NCBI RefSeq assembly: GCF_964204645.1
Contig: NC_134034.1
Coordinates: 5,554,914-5,618,913, forward strand
Source: Tubulanus polymorphus
Lineage: Eukaryota; Animalia; Nemertea
Direction of reading: 5' to 3'
Length of the DNA: 64,000 bases
The translations under genes and the position numbers were made by a program. The notes beneath the pieces are model-generated. The model did no database searches and was not told the origin of the DNA. It saw only the letters and a list, made by a program, of their open reading frames with translations. Below, in pieces: positions 1-28,149 of this stretch (within the stretch, counting starts at the first letter, position 1; each line of letters starts with the position of its first letter).

Positions 1-1458
1 CACTACGTTCTGGGTCATTTGTTGATTTTTCCAAAAGAATGGTTTCTAAGCTATCAACATCTGGATTGATTCGCTATGAGTTCAAAGGAAACGAACACAA
101 AAAATTCCAATCCGTGATGTATTTTTAGATGACTGGGTTGTTTTTTCTTGTTTGTCTCTATTATATGTAATTGCAACTGCTGGTGGAGTTACTGTAAAGT
201 TCGGCATGTAATCGGGCACAATTATTTCCAAGGTTTGAAAATCTAACCGGGCACCTTTGAGTGATTTCTAGATGGACTTAATTAACGTTTTCGCTATATC
301 CTAATGGTCATAATCGGGAATAGATTTTAGTGTGGGATTTCATATGAATTATCTATATTCAAACACAGATCACAGATTGATTCAACATTCACAGGTATTG
401 AATCATAAATTATTAAATGATTTCAGAAATTCCACCTAAATTGAGTTGAGGTAGGTAAAAGGTGGAATTATCAGGCATTATAAGAAAGGAAGAAATGCGA
501 AGAACCTGCTCGATGGATACACCTGCGCTTATAGCATACGTTATACCTGACGGTAATTTCACCAATTAGAGAACTCTTAAATCGAAAACAGATGCCGACA
601 GTCAGTTCGCACTCTCACCTACCCATATAGATCACTAGAAAATACCATGAAATAACAGCATCATCGCATCCACAGCTCGCTAGTTATAAATACTCGTAAC
701 ATATACGTAGCCAACGCATCAGTCATAAGTATATAGGAAGGAAAGTCAATTTGATTTATTGTGTGAATGGCCAGCTTATTTTGGCATAGGTTGGAATTAT
801 ATGCAATATGGATTCAAAATATCTATGTATATTTCCACTTAGATATGTAGTTTTTTTAAGTTCATCTAACTCGTTGATAACCCTAAAGTAACAGAATGTA
901 CAATCTGTTATTTAATTCAATTGTATTGGTTTGATCGCATTATCATAATTTACAGCTCAGAAGTCTTCGAAACTATACATTCTCGTTCTAAAATATTTGA
1001 AATGACTCAATAATTCGTTAATAAAATTCACCCGGCTTGCCGCACTACGTTACAATAAACAGTAAACCATTTCGATTAGTTTAATACTTTTAGTTCAGTT
1101 GTTTCCGCGATCCTCAGCCCAACACAAAATACCTCCCACTTGGACTGTAGTGATAGTTCCCATGAAATTTGAAAATTACAACTACGGCGGGAATATTCAA
1201 CGCTTGATAGTCTTCGTTCGTTTGCGCTGGTTTTCTCGAATTACACGACAGCGTGTCAAATATCACCATAGACGTACGTTCATGATATCGCTAAATAACG
1301 ACTGTGAGTAGACATCTCGGTGCCGCTCAAATGTAGACTTAAATTCCCCTGCACCAAAAATGATTTCTTTTTGCGTGTAAATTGTTGATATAAAGTTTTC
1401 TTGTTTGACCGATCCAACGTGCTGAGAGGTACTCCCGCTCTAGACAATCAGGACAATG

Positions 1459-1668
1459 AGGAGAGAATCCCACAATGATAATAAAAAGTCCGAACGAGAT
1501 AGTAGTTTATTTCAAATTATTATTCATTATTCCTGAAGATGACTATTAGGATATAGTCGAAACGTTGAAATAAACTACTATCTCGAAGTTTCATTTTCGG
1601 ACTTTTTATTATCATTGTGGGATTCTCTCCTCATCGCGTCAACACGGATATAGTGTTCTACCAATCGT
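1459..1668 (+). mobile_element. Truncated Penelope-like retroelement fragment (inverted pLTR-like arrangement) with 13-bp TSD
   Basis: Direct repeat AATCAGGACAATG at 1446-1458 and 1669-1681 flanks a 210-bp insert. Inside, arms ~1457-1515 and ~1565-1634 are inverted copies enclosing a hammerhead core. Inverted terminal segments plus minimal hammerheads are typical of Penelope-like elements. Confidence 0.6.
1527..1573 (+). ncRNA. Minimal type I hammerhead ribozyme (candidate)
   Basis: TTATTC-CTGAAGA-T-GACTA(TTAGGATA)TAGTC-GAAA-CGTT-GAAATAA: CUGANGA box 1533-1539, 5-bp stem II, GAAA box 1559-1562, short palindromic stem III (AACGTT), imperfect stem I (TTATTC/GAAATAA). Confidence 0.6.
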
Positions 1669-3190
1669 AATCAGGACAATGTATACCCATCAATTTACTT
1701 CAACAAGGAAATGAAACATTTACATGTATGTAGAAATAGATTTCATGTTTTTATTACAACAAAAACCTCGGAATAAATTCTATACATATACAGAGCAGGT
1801 ATGATTGATAATATGCGACGTGCGACGTTGAAGAATTCATTCAGTATCCGGTAATTTTCGATTAGTTTGCTCGCTTCGGCCATTACCGCCTTTTTGGAAT
1901 ACTTATCAATGAATCCTGTAAATACAAAGAATGATATTCATTAGAAAATGAGAAATGAAAATGCAGCGGCAATTTTTCCGCGGTTTAGAGTTAGATCAAA
2001 CGCTTTATCCATTCAACTTTTGATTCAGATTCAACTCGCACTGCGGAACTGAAGAACCCAGTGTAAAATTACAGATCAATGACAAATCGACGAAAGTCAT
2101 AACTTCAAAACTAATCTCGTCAAGATTGAAATATGATTGATACTGCTAAATACGTGTGCGGGGCAAGTGATACGGACAGACATGTTTACATTAACCGCGT
2201 GCTGTTTGATTACATAATGCGTGCACCGTACTGATATATAATGATCGGTAATCGACGCCGCGTAGATCATCTGCCTCTGTGTCGCCGGGTCGATAGAAAC
2301 GACCGATTCGCAGCACTCGGGAGACCCACAGTATCAAATCTGATGAGAGCGTATCTCTGCGTGTACGCGGGGAACACCACCCTCGTCTATGCGTCGAGCA
2401 ATCCAAAGGATTAACTCAATTTAATGGTAGTTGAGCTCAAACTATAGGCCTACGCAAAAACGAGTTACAAATAACATGTTTTTTGAGTCCTCAAGGTTTT
2501 ACGATGTCAATGCTGATTTACAGAATTGGCGAATAGTTAAAATTCGGCGTGAGAATACCGAACTCGCGATAAGTAGACTAAATAAAAAACCCACCGGCTG
2601 GATAGTCATTCTAGGCCACATGTCCCACATTTGTTGAATGATATATAAAACGATGTAGGCTATGAACGTTATCTTCCAGCTGTTTAACCAGTGTTTAATT
2701 TTTCTCGTATTGGTATTCATTTTGAAAATTAACGAGTTCATGCAGACCAATTCCTCTTTGCTGCGGTGTTGGTGGACACGCCCTTAGTGAGCCAACACAA
2801 GGGATGGCAATTCATTGAAGATTTAGGGAAACGCCACCATATTTATTTTGTAAGAATGATTTATTTCTAAAGCTTTCACTGACCGTAAATTCTAATTTCA
2901 ATGTTGAAAATACAATCGGGTTACAGAAAAAGCGAAAGACGTCACTATCATTGAATGATAGCCTACGTACAGGTATTCATTTGAAATCACCCGCAGTAAA
3001 ATCGCCAAGGTGATGAAATGCACATCATCAAGTCTATACGAATTTTCATTTCTCAATGGGGCCCCAAGATCCAATTTTGCCCAAGGAGAAATTGTTGAAT
3101 TAACTTAGGGATACATAAACTTAAAGAGTCCTTACCTCCAGATGTAGCAAGTAGCACCAAATATTATGAGTTCATATATTACTGGACGTC

Positions 3191-3916
3191 CTAAAGTAAA
3201 TTTTGAGTGTTGTGGTCTGCATTCATGTAATCGCTGTGGATCGCCCAAGCTCCTTCCATTCTCCACATAGAGAAAGCGTAACTGAGTCTCTCATGGGCGA
3301 CGTAGCTACAACTATTGTTTATTTTCTTTTCCACGGTCTCGTCGTCATTCCTTAAAACCTGATCCAGAAAGTCAATATACCGCGTAGCTAATTTGAGCGT
3401 TTGTATTTTAGATAGTTTGTCCGATGGCAAAGTGGGTATAATTTTTCGCAGTGACGAAAACGCATCGTTTAAACTTTGAGTTCGTTGTCGTTCGCGGACG
3501 TTGGCCAAGACACGTTGATTCTGTAGTTCCTCAAATGACTGTGGTTGCTGCAGTTTCATTGTTGGCGTTGTGCGACGCACTTTTTTAGCCAAAGCAGGTG
3601 CTTTCGGCGATTGCCGACTGATTCTCAGCTCGTTATCACGATCAGCTGATCTTTTACGCGAATAATGTAGTGGCTGTTTACTTAGTTCACCATTGGCTAA
3701 ACCCGGGGAACACGAGCCAGCTGAATGTCCAGACGAGCTTGGGCTTGTCTGCTGTTGCCATTCGAGAAGTAGCGGTGAATTAACACTTTGCAAAATACCG
3801 AACATGTCGCGTTGTGTCTGTTCGTGACGGTGCTGTTGAAACCCGTGGATATTTGAAGACTCAACGTCGAGTTCCGTCAACGAATCTGCAGCGGTCGAAC
3901 ATTTAATAGGGATCAT
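3191..3916 (-). CDS. twist: Twist bHLH transcription factor (241 aa, single coding exon)
   Basis: [59 protein letters not shown] is the Twist bHLH. The C-terminal WR motif ([14 protein letters not shown]) is diagnostic of Twist. Confidence 0.97.
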   Translation of the reverse strand: MIPIKCSTAADSLTELDVESSNIHGFQQHRHEQTQRDMFGILQSVNSPLLLEWQQQTSPSSSGHSAGSCSPGLANGELSKQPLHYSRKRSADRDNELRISRQSPKAPALAKKVRRTTPTMKLQQPQSFEELQNQRVLANVRERQRTQSLNDAFSSLRKIIPTLPSDKLSKIQTLKLATRYIDFLDQVLRNDDETVEKKINNSCSYVAHERLSYAFSMWRMEGAWAIHSDYMNADHNTQNLL

Positions 3917-5519
3917 CGAAATTTTTTACCATACGCAATTTCCTACGACGAACGACGAAAAAGCTCTGGAAGATGATACGATATTGCTTTTGGAGTAACG
4001 AAGTGGCACACTCCAACTTACACATTTAACTGATATGTTTTATCACTTAACATCTACTAAACGAGATACGCCCCATAGTGATTGTTGACCTATCAGCGCG
4101 CGTAACCACAGAACTGACAGATACGTTCGCGCAAAATAGAACATGGCTTTCATCCAGGTTTTCCTCATGTGTGGTACATAAGCTACATAACCCCAAAAAT
4201 ATCGTAAAATATTTCATCATCCGCATATTATTATCTAATCCAAATTATCGAATTTGCATGTGTTACATTAGATACGTAGTATTAAATTGATATCAAATAA
4301 GATATCAAATTCGAGTTGTGGAGCCAATGTTCGTGGAACTGTATCCTGTGGTGTAAACAACCCTGTAAAACATCACCGTTGGTCGAATAGCAAGAAATTG
4401 TGTGCATCTTTATTTTAAAAATAAAGATTAATATCGGCCTATGATTACAACAGCGAGTCTGAATGTCCAATCGATTGAGTCACCCGACATATGACTATGG
4501 GGATATAACAGTATATTTTCCAAGGAGAAAGCTGGAGAAAACTTGATCGTCGATGATAATCAAAAGGGCTGGATAAACTTTAGGTTAATTATAAATATAC
4601 TGAATTTCCCAGTAAATTGTATAACATTTCCGAAATACATGAAACTTTCCAATGCGAGAGTAAGCCTCTTGTGTTCTCCCCAAACGCGTTTGTCGCTGGA
4701 CTAAAATTGCTTGCTTTCAATCGCTTTGTTTAAGAACGCCCCAAAGACCAATTTACCACAGCCATGGACTATATGGACCATGTGCTATTAAATGAAGAGA
4801 AACCATGTCGTCGTTATCGAGTCCAAGGATGGATGTACAAATTAGAGTAGGTCCATATCACAACTCGGATGATAAAATAAATACCAGTAGATTACCGTCA
4901 AGGGCCAGTGGAATGTCTTTAAAGAGAGCACGTGCCGGAATGAAGTGTGAACGCGACAGAACCCACTTACGCGTTATTTAGACAGAAAATGTAACCCCGC
5001 CAATGTGAGTGCCTTTGTTAAATGCAGATTCGCGGTGGTTCATTCTCAGTCCTACATCATCGATGTGATTATGAAAATTTCGAGGGTTTGATCGGTTCAT
5101 AACGTTAACTCACAAACAGGGTTATCAAGGCGTGAACGCCGAATAATTAGTTCAATTAACCTTCAATACACACGTGCGTGTTTTAGTAACAAAAATGAAG
5201 TCAGTTTTAGTCTTTCATTCGGACTAACGGGGCGAATAGTACCACGAGCCGAGATATTCAGCTTCACAGAAATCTTTTGTTATTGGCCAAGTATTTATTA
5301 TTTATTTTGATGAGGCCAATTATTTCTCGATATGTAAACGGTACAATGAGGCCATAAAAACAGAGATATGATTCGATGCGCTGTTGATTCTGCACCCTAA
5401 ATTAGCATTCGAGCAAATTTTTTGATTAAGGTATCATGAATTACTTAAATGACTCGATTGAAAATTCCTCGGCCTAATGCTCGACCGCATTTCATTACAT
5501 TTTTTTCGTGTAAGCACTT

Positions 5520-5968
5520 TGTCGAAACAGAATCGTTTATGACGAACCTGGTCCGGTCAAAATTTTGGACCGGTCTAAATCTATGTGTGTGGACAGAAAC
5601 TAGTACCAGGTCCGGTCTAAATCGTAATTCCGAATCTCTACGGTAGATGTCACGACCTCTGCGGTATTTTATCAATTAAGTTTTAAATGTTTTAATTACC
5701 GTTTATGTAATTATTTGTAAGTACTGTTTTTCCTCCCTATACTATGGAAATGATTGGAGCGTAATTCGTATTCGTATGTCACGATCATCATCCGTTTTAC
5801 CATCCAGGCCCAGTAAATTATCTAGCAGATGGCGACATCTTGTGGGCCCGGTGACAAGCGATTTTATCAACGCGTGTCAAAACGCCGTGTGAACGCTCAC
5901 CAAAATTTGGACCGGACCAGGTACGGACCCATTTAGACCGGGTCTAACTAGTTGTGTGAACGCGGCTA
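5520..5968. mobile_element. Non-autonomous DNA transposon fragment (Harbinger-N-like)
   Basis: Inverted subterminal motifs CCTGGTCCGGTCAAAATTTTGG/GGTCTAAAT (5548-5620) vs CCAAAATTTGGACCGGACCAGG/ATTTAGACC (5899-5940). Right end GTGTGAACGCGGCT resembles Harbinger-type TIR ends; left end not resolved. Confidence 0.4.
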
Positions 5969-7515
5969 TAGGCGTAGGATGTTTGTCCCCCCTTGCTTAT
6001 TCCACCCTGAGCCCGTAAATAGTCACTAAATGCTATCAAAAGAAAATGGTTGTTCCTCGTACTCACTTGGACTCTTCGTTAAAGTCCATACTACTGGCTC
6101 CTCGGGGTCTCGCGTATATGCAATTACATTTAGCGTGACCTCCCTTATAAAAGGGCGCTAATAGCGCACCTGATCCTCAGGTTTAGTTTGAAATTATATA
6201 TAGCAAATGCGGGTTGGTTTATAAAATACCTGCCGTTGTAGGGTAAATATTTCAGTAGATTTACATGGATTTGCGATCTAAGTGTAACTGGATATATATT
6301 TTACACGCTGGTACCTGTGCCGACGAGTTTCAAAAACAGTTTCCCACGGGTCTGATATTTGATGTCGAATGTTCTAAATGTTCTATGATATATTTTGTAT
6401 AGCGCCAATTGAAACTTTGAAAAAAGATTAAGTCTACTCGATATATTTAGATAGATAAAAGATTCACAGTCAATACAATCAAGTCCAGAAGGTCATGCCG
6501 ACTATCCGAGAAATCGGCGCTAATTGAAATCGTTTTTCACCGAAGAGTTAATACCGATCGCTGGAGTGTGACCTGAATTCACACGTGAAGAATATTGACC
6601 GAGTGAGTAGAGTTCAGAGTGGACGTCTCATTTTAGACTATTTACTTTACATTATTAACGCAAAACCTTCAAATAATGATAATCATATTATATCATTCTA
6701 TACCTGATTCATGAAGTGCTCTTACGATTTGACTTTTAAAAATATATGCCTGTTAGCCAGATTTCGCTCGATATTACTGCGCTAATCGGATAACGATAAC
6801 AAATAAATAACCCAACAATAACAACCAGAAAAGCCGAGATAAATCTGTTTCGCAATTGTATCAACTTAGCCAAAACCTGAGTTCACCTGTTATACAGGAT
6901 GCCTCATCGAACATTTCTTTGACGTTATTTCTTTTGTACACAACACGGGCAGTCAACAGATGGACTCAATAGTATCTCCATGGAATAAAACGTCATACCA
7001 TCGTAATCATAAAATAACTTTAATACGTATGGGCCATATCTGGACATGTCAAAATCAATTGAAACAACTACTTTACCAAGGTTCAAGGTAGGTATAGGTC
7101 TACTATGTAAGACGATCTTTCGAATCATAATACGTATTCATCACCGATATCTAAGTTGCAAATGTATTCTCGTATCTAAATGTTTTAACGATGTATGTCT
7201 GATAACATGGCCAAAATCATAGTTGCCTATGTCCAGATGTTTTTGTTAACCAGTGAATCTGCTGACCTATATCGAGGTTAGTATCCACGCTAGATATTTG
7301 TCAAATCTACGTTTTCACGAGATCTGTGTTTTGTGGAAATTATTATATTCAAATCCGATGCAGGCCTATGTCTGACCTGCCAATCGGAAAATGATCATCT
7401 TTGCAAAGTTTTCTGAGGAATCCAGGATATCCGTTAATATCATTAATATTATCATTAATTTAATGAAATATCATGTTGATTTTGATTTCTTACGTATCTT
7501 GCTAAAAGTGATATA

Positions 7516-7661
7516 CCGTGGAACCTCGTTACAACGAACTCGGATGCAACGAATTATCGGATATAACGAACATAGAATTTTGTCCCAAGTAAGACTATTT
7601 GATTAATTTCAGATCATATTTTCTGGTCCCGTGAAGTTCGCTGTAAGGAGCGGTTCCACTG
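7516..7661. mobile_element. Tc1/mariner-pogo (Tigger-like) MITE
   Basis: TA|CCGTGGAACCTCGTTACAACGAAC ... GTTCGCTGTAAGGAGCGGTTCCACTG|TA: imperfect TIRs with TA target duplication. Confidence 0.7.
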
Positions 7662-9963
7662 TAAAAGCTGGCTTCCTTCAGGAATTACCATCTTTCATGA
7701 GAAAATAGTGTTTTTCCATGTGGTTTTCGTGGGCTTTGTGATGGTGCATGCATGTGTGTGCACCTGTAACTAGTCTATAGATTGATACCATATGTACCTA
7801 CGGTAAGCATTGACTGATTTTATTAGACCGTGCGCATTTTGTCTAAAAATGCTACGCGATCTCTGCAGCGAAGTCGATGGGATTATCAGGCACGATGTCA
7901 ATCATTGAGAGGTGACATCACAAGGAGCGCCTTTCTCATGAAACACATAGCTCTAATTACTAACTCTCTTGGTATTCTTCGAAACTATTGATCAGAGAAT
8001 CAATGACGAATCCCTTTTTAACTATTTTTGGTAAAATGTTCAACTGGACGTATCGGCCCCACTCTGCGCGGGATTTACGCGAAGCAGCAAACACAAACAT
8101 GGCCACTCTCTCAATTTTCAATGATAGAAATCGTGTGTGCATTTCAATTATTTCGGCTGTTAGGGCTTTAAGGCACAATATAAGTTGATGATGTGATATG
8201 GCGATGTTAAATAATGATAATTCCGCAGTGAAGCTAGTCACGAACGGTGCCGATTGAGTGTACAGCTACCAAAAACACTGAAATGTGCGTAGTTGCGTAA
8301 CTATTTGCAGTGAATTGCAGACGAAACATGAAGCCTTAACGGCCGAGTAAAAAAAAAATTATACCAATCGCAATTGTAAAATAAAAATGAGATAGAACCT
8401 AAGTTAAAATTCTGGCCATTTCTAAAATGTTGTTACTAATTTTTAGTCATGCCGAACGTTTAGTTTTCCAACAATAATGAGGGATGGTAGGTAGTCAATT
8501 CAAGTCATCATTTATTACACGTTACTTCCGTGTTGTTGAAAATCTCGCGAGTCCTGGACCAAACCACATTGAACAATGTGATCGGTGTGCTGGCCACAAA
8601 TGCACACAGATCACACTACACTACCCATTACACACTCCAGTACCCACAGCTTTCATATATCCATCCAAATATTTAGAGTGTCTTTCTTCCTTGGTATCGT
8701 TTACATGGGGATAGTAACAACTTTGTTTCCAAACATGGTGCATTCAATCTGATTTCACATATAATGTGATTAGGGAGAGTATTCATACCGGTACATATGA
8801 TTTAAATCGATTATGAATTTGATTTTAACAATTTGTCATGGAAGTTTTGTGTATGTCCCGGGGCTAGTTACGTAGTTCTGATATTGGTCCAAGGTGTTAA
8901 GACTGGTTGTTCAATTGGCTATATAACTAGACTGGTCTAACTAGACTGAAATTGTGCGAATGAATCCAGATGATCAATGAAAATGTTGTTCCTGCGATTG
9001 ATTACATGGTAACTGGGATTACACAAAACCTTAGTCTTTATGTCCAGCTTCTTTGCACATTTACCTTGGTAAAAGTAAAAGTCTATAATCTATGACATGA
9101 TGCGCAGTAAAATAGTTTAGAAATTAATTTCTATACATGTATACATTTAGTCTACACAGTGAAACGTTGTTAGGTTGAACATTGTAAATAGTTGAGACTA
9201 ATTCCAGTCTTGAATATCATTGAGCTATTGTGAATATATCTCATATATCTATACAACTATATCTAATTTCGAATAAATTCTGAAGATGGGTAGAAAAGTA
9301 TTCCACCCGAAACGATGGGGAAACAACAATAGCAGTTGTAATAGGTGATGAATCCAGGTAATAATGCCAGAGGTAAAAATGCCATAGGTAATAATGCCTA
9401 AGGAAATTAAGCGAGGAATATTAAGCGAAGAACTTATTAACATTGGACCTGATATTCATATTTACATTAGATTTTACGTAATGAATGCACAGTTTAGATA
9501 TACCGTGAATAACATATTCCTAATAAAAATTAAAAAAATGAATGACAAATTCACAAAATAAAGAGAATCACAAATCTATAGAATAAAGCCTGACATAAGC
9601 AAGAAATTCATTAAGATTATCGATATTCATATTCGTACAAGATGATTGAGATACAACATATTCTTAGATCATTGGAAATTAAAACATAAATGCACATATT
9701 CTTATATAATTGAAATAAAAAAGCGAACATAGTCATGATATAACACATTTCTAAATTAATGAATATTAACAAATGAATGCACTGAGCTTACATATTGAAT
9801 GCACAATTCAGATAAAGCATATTTCTAGGTATAATTATAGGTATGATAATTAAAATCGAAAGGTTTTCGACAAGTTAGTTTGCTGAGAAATTCATTCTGG
9901 GGTAACTAGCGTGGTGAGAGCGAACAACCTGAGAAACCTGTAATACCCTAGAAGATAGACAAA

Positions 9964-10303
<340 letters not shown>

Positions 10304-11105
10304 TGGTCAGGCATTGTTTTTGACACCGAGTTTGCCTGTAACTATGTTCAAACCAAACATAAACATGTCAGTAATAGTGAATTTTTGTGATAATTAGCTG
10401 TTGATTAGCTGCTTTAAACAATACTTGGTCATACTCGATGTCTACTCATCAAAACAATGCTGTCAGCCATACTTAACAAAGAAATAGTTATGTTACAAAA
10501 TAAATGGAATATGTAAACTCCAAAAAATAAGAATTAATGAAAATGAACAGTAAATTGTAAGCATGGCACTCTCTCACATGTCAGTTTAATGCTTATGTCA
10601 ACTTCAGTCACCCATTATAAATATCTAATAAACATTTTTGAGAGGGGAGATCAGAACAGAACAGAACAGTGTACCGACCTGCGAGTCGCGAGCTTTGACA
10701 TACATAAAATAGTGAGCACACCTCTTTAATAGTCTTTCTGCTAAATACGCACGGTATCAACTGGTCGACCAGAGCACGAAAGTTCATTTTTCTGCTGATC
10801 GTGGAATCGGACGAGAAGAAAGGATCGTACATTCGTTTCAGTTTGACATTATCTATTGCGTTGTGACCTGATCGCTTACAACTCCCGGCTGTGAGAAAAT
10901 GATAACCAAACCATTGCTTTGGATCATTTACTTGGGTGTTCTAAATGAATACACTCTGTCAGATTGCACTGCTTTGAAAAAGGCCAACGATCTTTCCGAG
11001 AATCGTCGTAAAAACTCATACAAAAACCGGTTTTGTAGCAGATTTTTGTTAAAGAAACCAGTTTTTTTTCGTTGACAACCCTGCTAAAATTATACACACT
11101 ATTTT

Positions 11106-11107
<2 letters not shown>

Positions 11108-11160
<53 letters not shown>

Positions 11161-11166
11161 ATATAT
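11108..11166. repeat. (TA)n microsatellite upstream of the lipoxygenase start
   Basis: Directly visible. Confidence 0.95.
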
Positions 11167-11263
11167 GTGGTCAAATAACTTATTGGAGGTAATCCGAAGT
11201 TCCTATCAGACGTATGTACATCTTGTGCGACTTGTTCTACAAGCAAAGGTTTTAGTTATCGCA

Positions 11264-25476
<14,213 letters not shown>

Positions 25477-25586
25477 GATACTACTCACGATTGTCAAATA
25501 CAGCGACCGTAATTTGTATCTAAATACGCACTAAATATAAATTATATCTAAAAACGAATATGAAAAAAAAATATTATATCTTTATA

Positions 25587-25592
25587 AATAAA
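25587..25592 (+). promoter_or_regulatory. Candidate polyadenylation signal of the lipoxygenase gene
   Basis: AATAAA ~110 nt after the stop codon, followed by GT-rich sequence. Confidence 0.5.
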
Positions 25593-26019
25593 GACGTAGG
25601 TTGTTCTCGCACTCTACGCAACTGTTGTACTGTTGTGTGCGGTTGACATTATTCAAAAGATGGAGAAATTCCAGAAGAGATTTTTTACTAAATATTTAGC
25701 TAAATGTCAGAAAGATTGACTATTTCAAAGGATCAATGCGTAAGAAAAAGTTTATCTCCTTTGAAGAGGGTCAAATTCCAGCTGTTCGCTTGCCAGTTAA
25801 ATGTTTTCCGACTGCAACATTCCGCACTAATTTGCATTGAGTTGTCCATATTTATCGTTGCAATGACAAAAGGTTTATTTGCATGTTTAGATGGCAGTAT
25901 CGGCTTATTTAATGATAATTTAGTGATAATAATTTATTCAGCCTATAATCAATATAAAATATGCTCATCATACAACAAAAGAAAACATGGAAACAGAGAA
26001 AACGCAAAACGAGGTTAAT

Positions 26020-26200
26020 TAAAAGCTTTGATGAACAAATGGGTTTTTGAGCTTAGATTTGAAGATACATCGATTGAAGGACTAGATTTTGGACTAGGTA
26101 AAGTATTCCAGAGTACTGAGGCAGAGTATGCGAAGGCTCTGTCCGGATGAGACAAGATTAACGTGGGGAATGACTAAGGATTGATTGCTAGATCTTAAAA
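26020..26200 (-). mobile_element. L2/CR1-clade LINE ORF2 3' fragment
   Basis: Minus strand translates (with a frameshift) to DRAFAYSASVLWNTLP...FKSKLKTHLFIKAF, the conserved C-terminus of L2/CR1 ORF2. Confidence 0.7.
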
Positions 26201-27737
26201 CTCATCTCTCCGTTTTACAATATCATTACTTCTTTTGGTTTATTTCTAAAGAGGGGCGGGTACTTCGCTAGTATATGATACATGAGTCCATTCGTTTTGT
26301 ATACCGAATGGTCCTAAAAGAAAAACCCGATTTTTAATACGTTAGAGATATCGTTGTAAAACAACCTACCTCGAATTTTAAAATTGAAAGCAATGTGATC
26401 AAGGCTAAAAATTGGTACATTGTTTCTCATTTCTGGAGCTTAAACGTTGACCGAGCCAGCCACCGAGTTACCCTGTACATTAATTCTTTTCATCAATCAT
26501 GATCAAGCAGCTCACCATAGTTATTAGAAAAAATATGTAATTCATTTGTATAATGTTCAATGTCATTTGCATATCTTATACTGTTTACTTGTCACGAGCT
26601 TGATGTCTGACTGTTTGTTACGCCAGCCTCTTCCGGACTGGTGAGAGGCGCAAACACTACAAAACGGTTTCCAGATCAATAATTTTTGTCTCAATGATAA
26701 TCAAGAGTTCTTTACATTGGATACTACCTAACACTGCCTTAGGTTTTATAGTTTTACATTTTTGAATTGATTCCTGATAGTTGCTTACTTGAATAGACAA
26801 ACACATAAGAAGTATAAATCTATCATTGTTAACATGTGCAATGGTTGGGTAAAATACTTTTTCAGCGCCGCAAGCACGGATGATGCCAATTAGCCATGCG
26901 TTTAGATTGCAAATTCAATAAGATTTAAACCAACAAAAACATCCAATTTCGTAAAGGAAAACCTCAAATCCAATTCAATTTTATTCAGGAAAATCATATA
27001 ATCAAATTCATAATATTCGGCGATATATCGCGCAGATAGTCATTGATTATTGTTGAGCAAAGAAAACACCAAACTATTTCTACCAAACGCCTATCTTTAT
27101 TAATACTTGACCGCACGTTTGATAACGGTTTCGGTTTGTTTTGGTTCCCACGATGATGTCTTTTACATCTAATGTATTTTCTTCCGTGATAATAATAAAG
27201 TTGATTGTAATCGCAGTATTAACCAGAAAAAGAGTTTGCTTTTAGTCCATGTCGTATCATTCAGAAGGAATTGACCTTGATTCTTAGACGAAGGCAAGTG
27301 AAACGAAAAGCCGCCTATCATATCTGTAGGATCCGAGGTACGGGTTTTTGTAAATAGGTAATTCGTCATCGGCGTGACATCGCCTGTCAGTATGGCTAAG
27401 CTAAATTTAGATGCGCACGCAGTGTCTATGCGGTCTATAATAGAAGTCTACACAATAGGATTATCAGTGACAAATGATAATCAACTGAATATAATTTCAA
27501 ACTGATATAACGAGAAATATGAAGTCCGCAAAGTTTCCAGTGGCAGGGCTTTTAGTGTAACCGCTAAACGCCGAAACGCCGAATCTTTCCGGACTGCGAT
27601 AAGGACCCAAGATTACACCACCGTTAAAATATTTTTGTCAAAAATAAATGTTACACTCACATCACGACATTTTAGTTTTCCTCACTTCGCGGGTTGACCT
27701 TTTTACCACTATTTTTGTACTACTTTTGACATTTTGG

Positions 27738-27802
27738 CATCCTCCCCAGGCAGGGATTCGAACGTAATGCCACCATGTTCGAATCCCTGCAGAGGGAGGA
27801 TG
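27738..27802. mobile_element. Minimal 65-bp copy of the CATCCTCCC-TIR MITE
   Basis: CATCCTCCCCAGGCAGGGATTCGAAC...GTTCGAATCCCTGCAGAGGGAGGATG, essentially two TIR tips; no clean TSD. Confidence 0.65.
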
Positions 27803-28149
27803 AGAAAATGGCGGCTGTTTCATTGTCGCAATGTCGTGTAGTCGATCAGTGTGAATGCACGAGACTAAACTTATTTTCATTTGCGAATACTTAGTTTAGT
27901 TGACAGTTTTTTATAATAAAGTTTTTTCAAATATTTGTCGTTGAATATTTTTGCTATACGAGGAAAGACGAGACTCAAAAACCGATAACTTTTATTGTAC
28001 ATGTATACTCTGTATTGGAATCTAAGGTTGGCTTCCGAGCCTCGTGCAACATTTTGATTGAATGAATCATGTGACAAGCGAGGCTCTCTGGTTGTAACGG
28101 CTCCATTTCGTAGTCCTAAAAATTTTTTCTAGTTGTTTGGCTCCATTTG

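Noticed and set aside
4078-9443. Short ORFs of 60-95 aa between twist and the lipoxygenase
   Set aside because: No recognisable motifs, many non-ATG starts, no splice-consistent chain; expected by chance.
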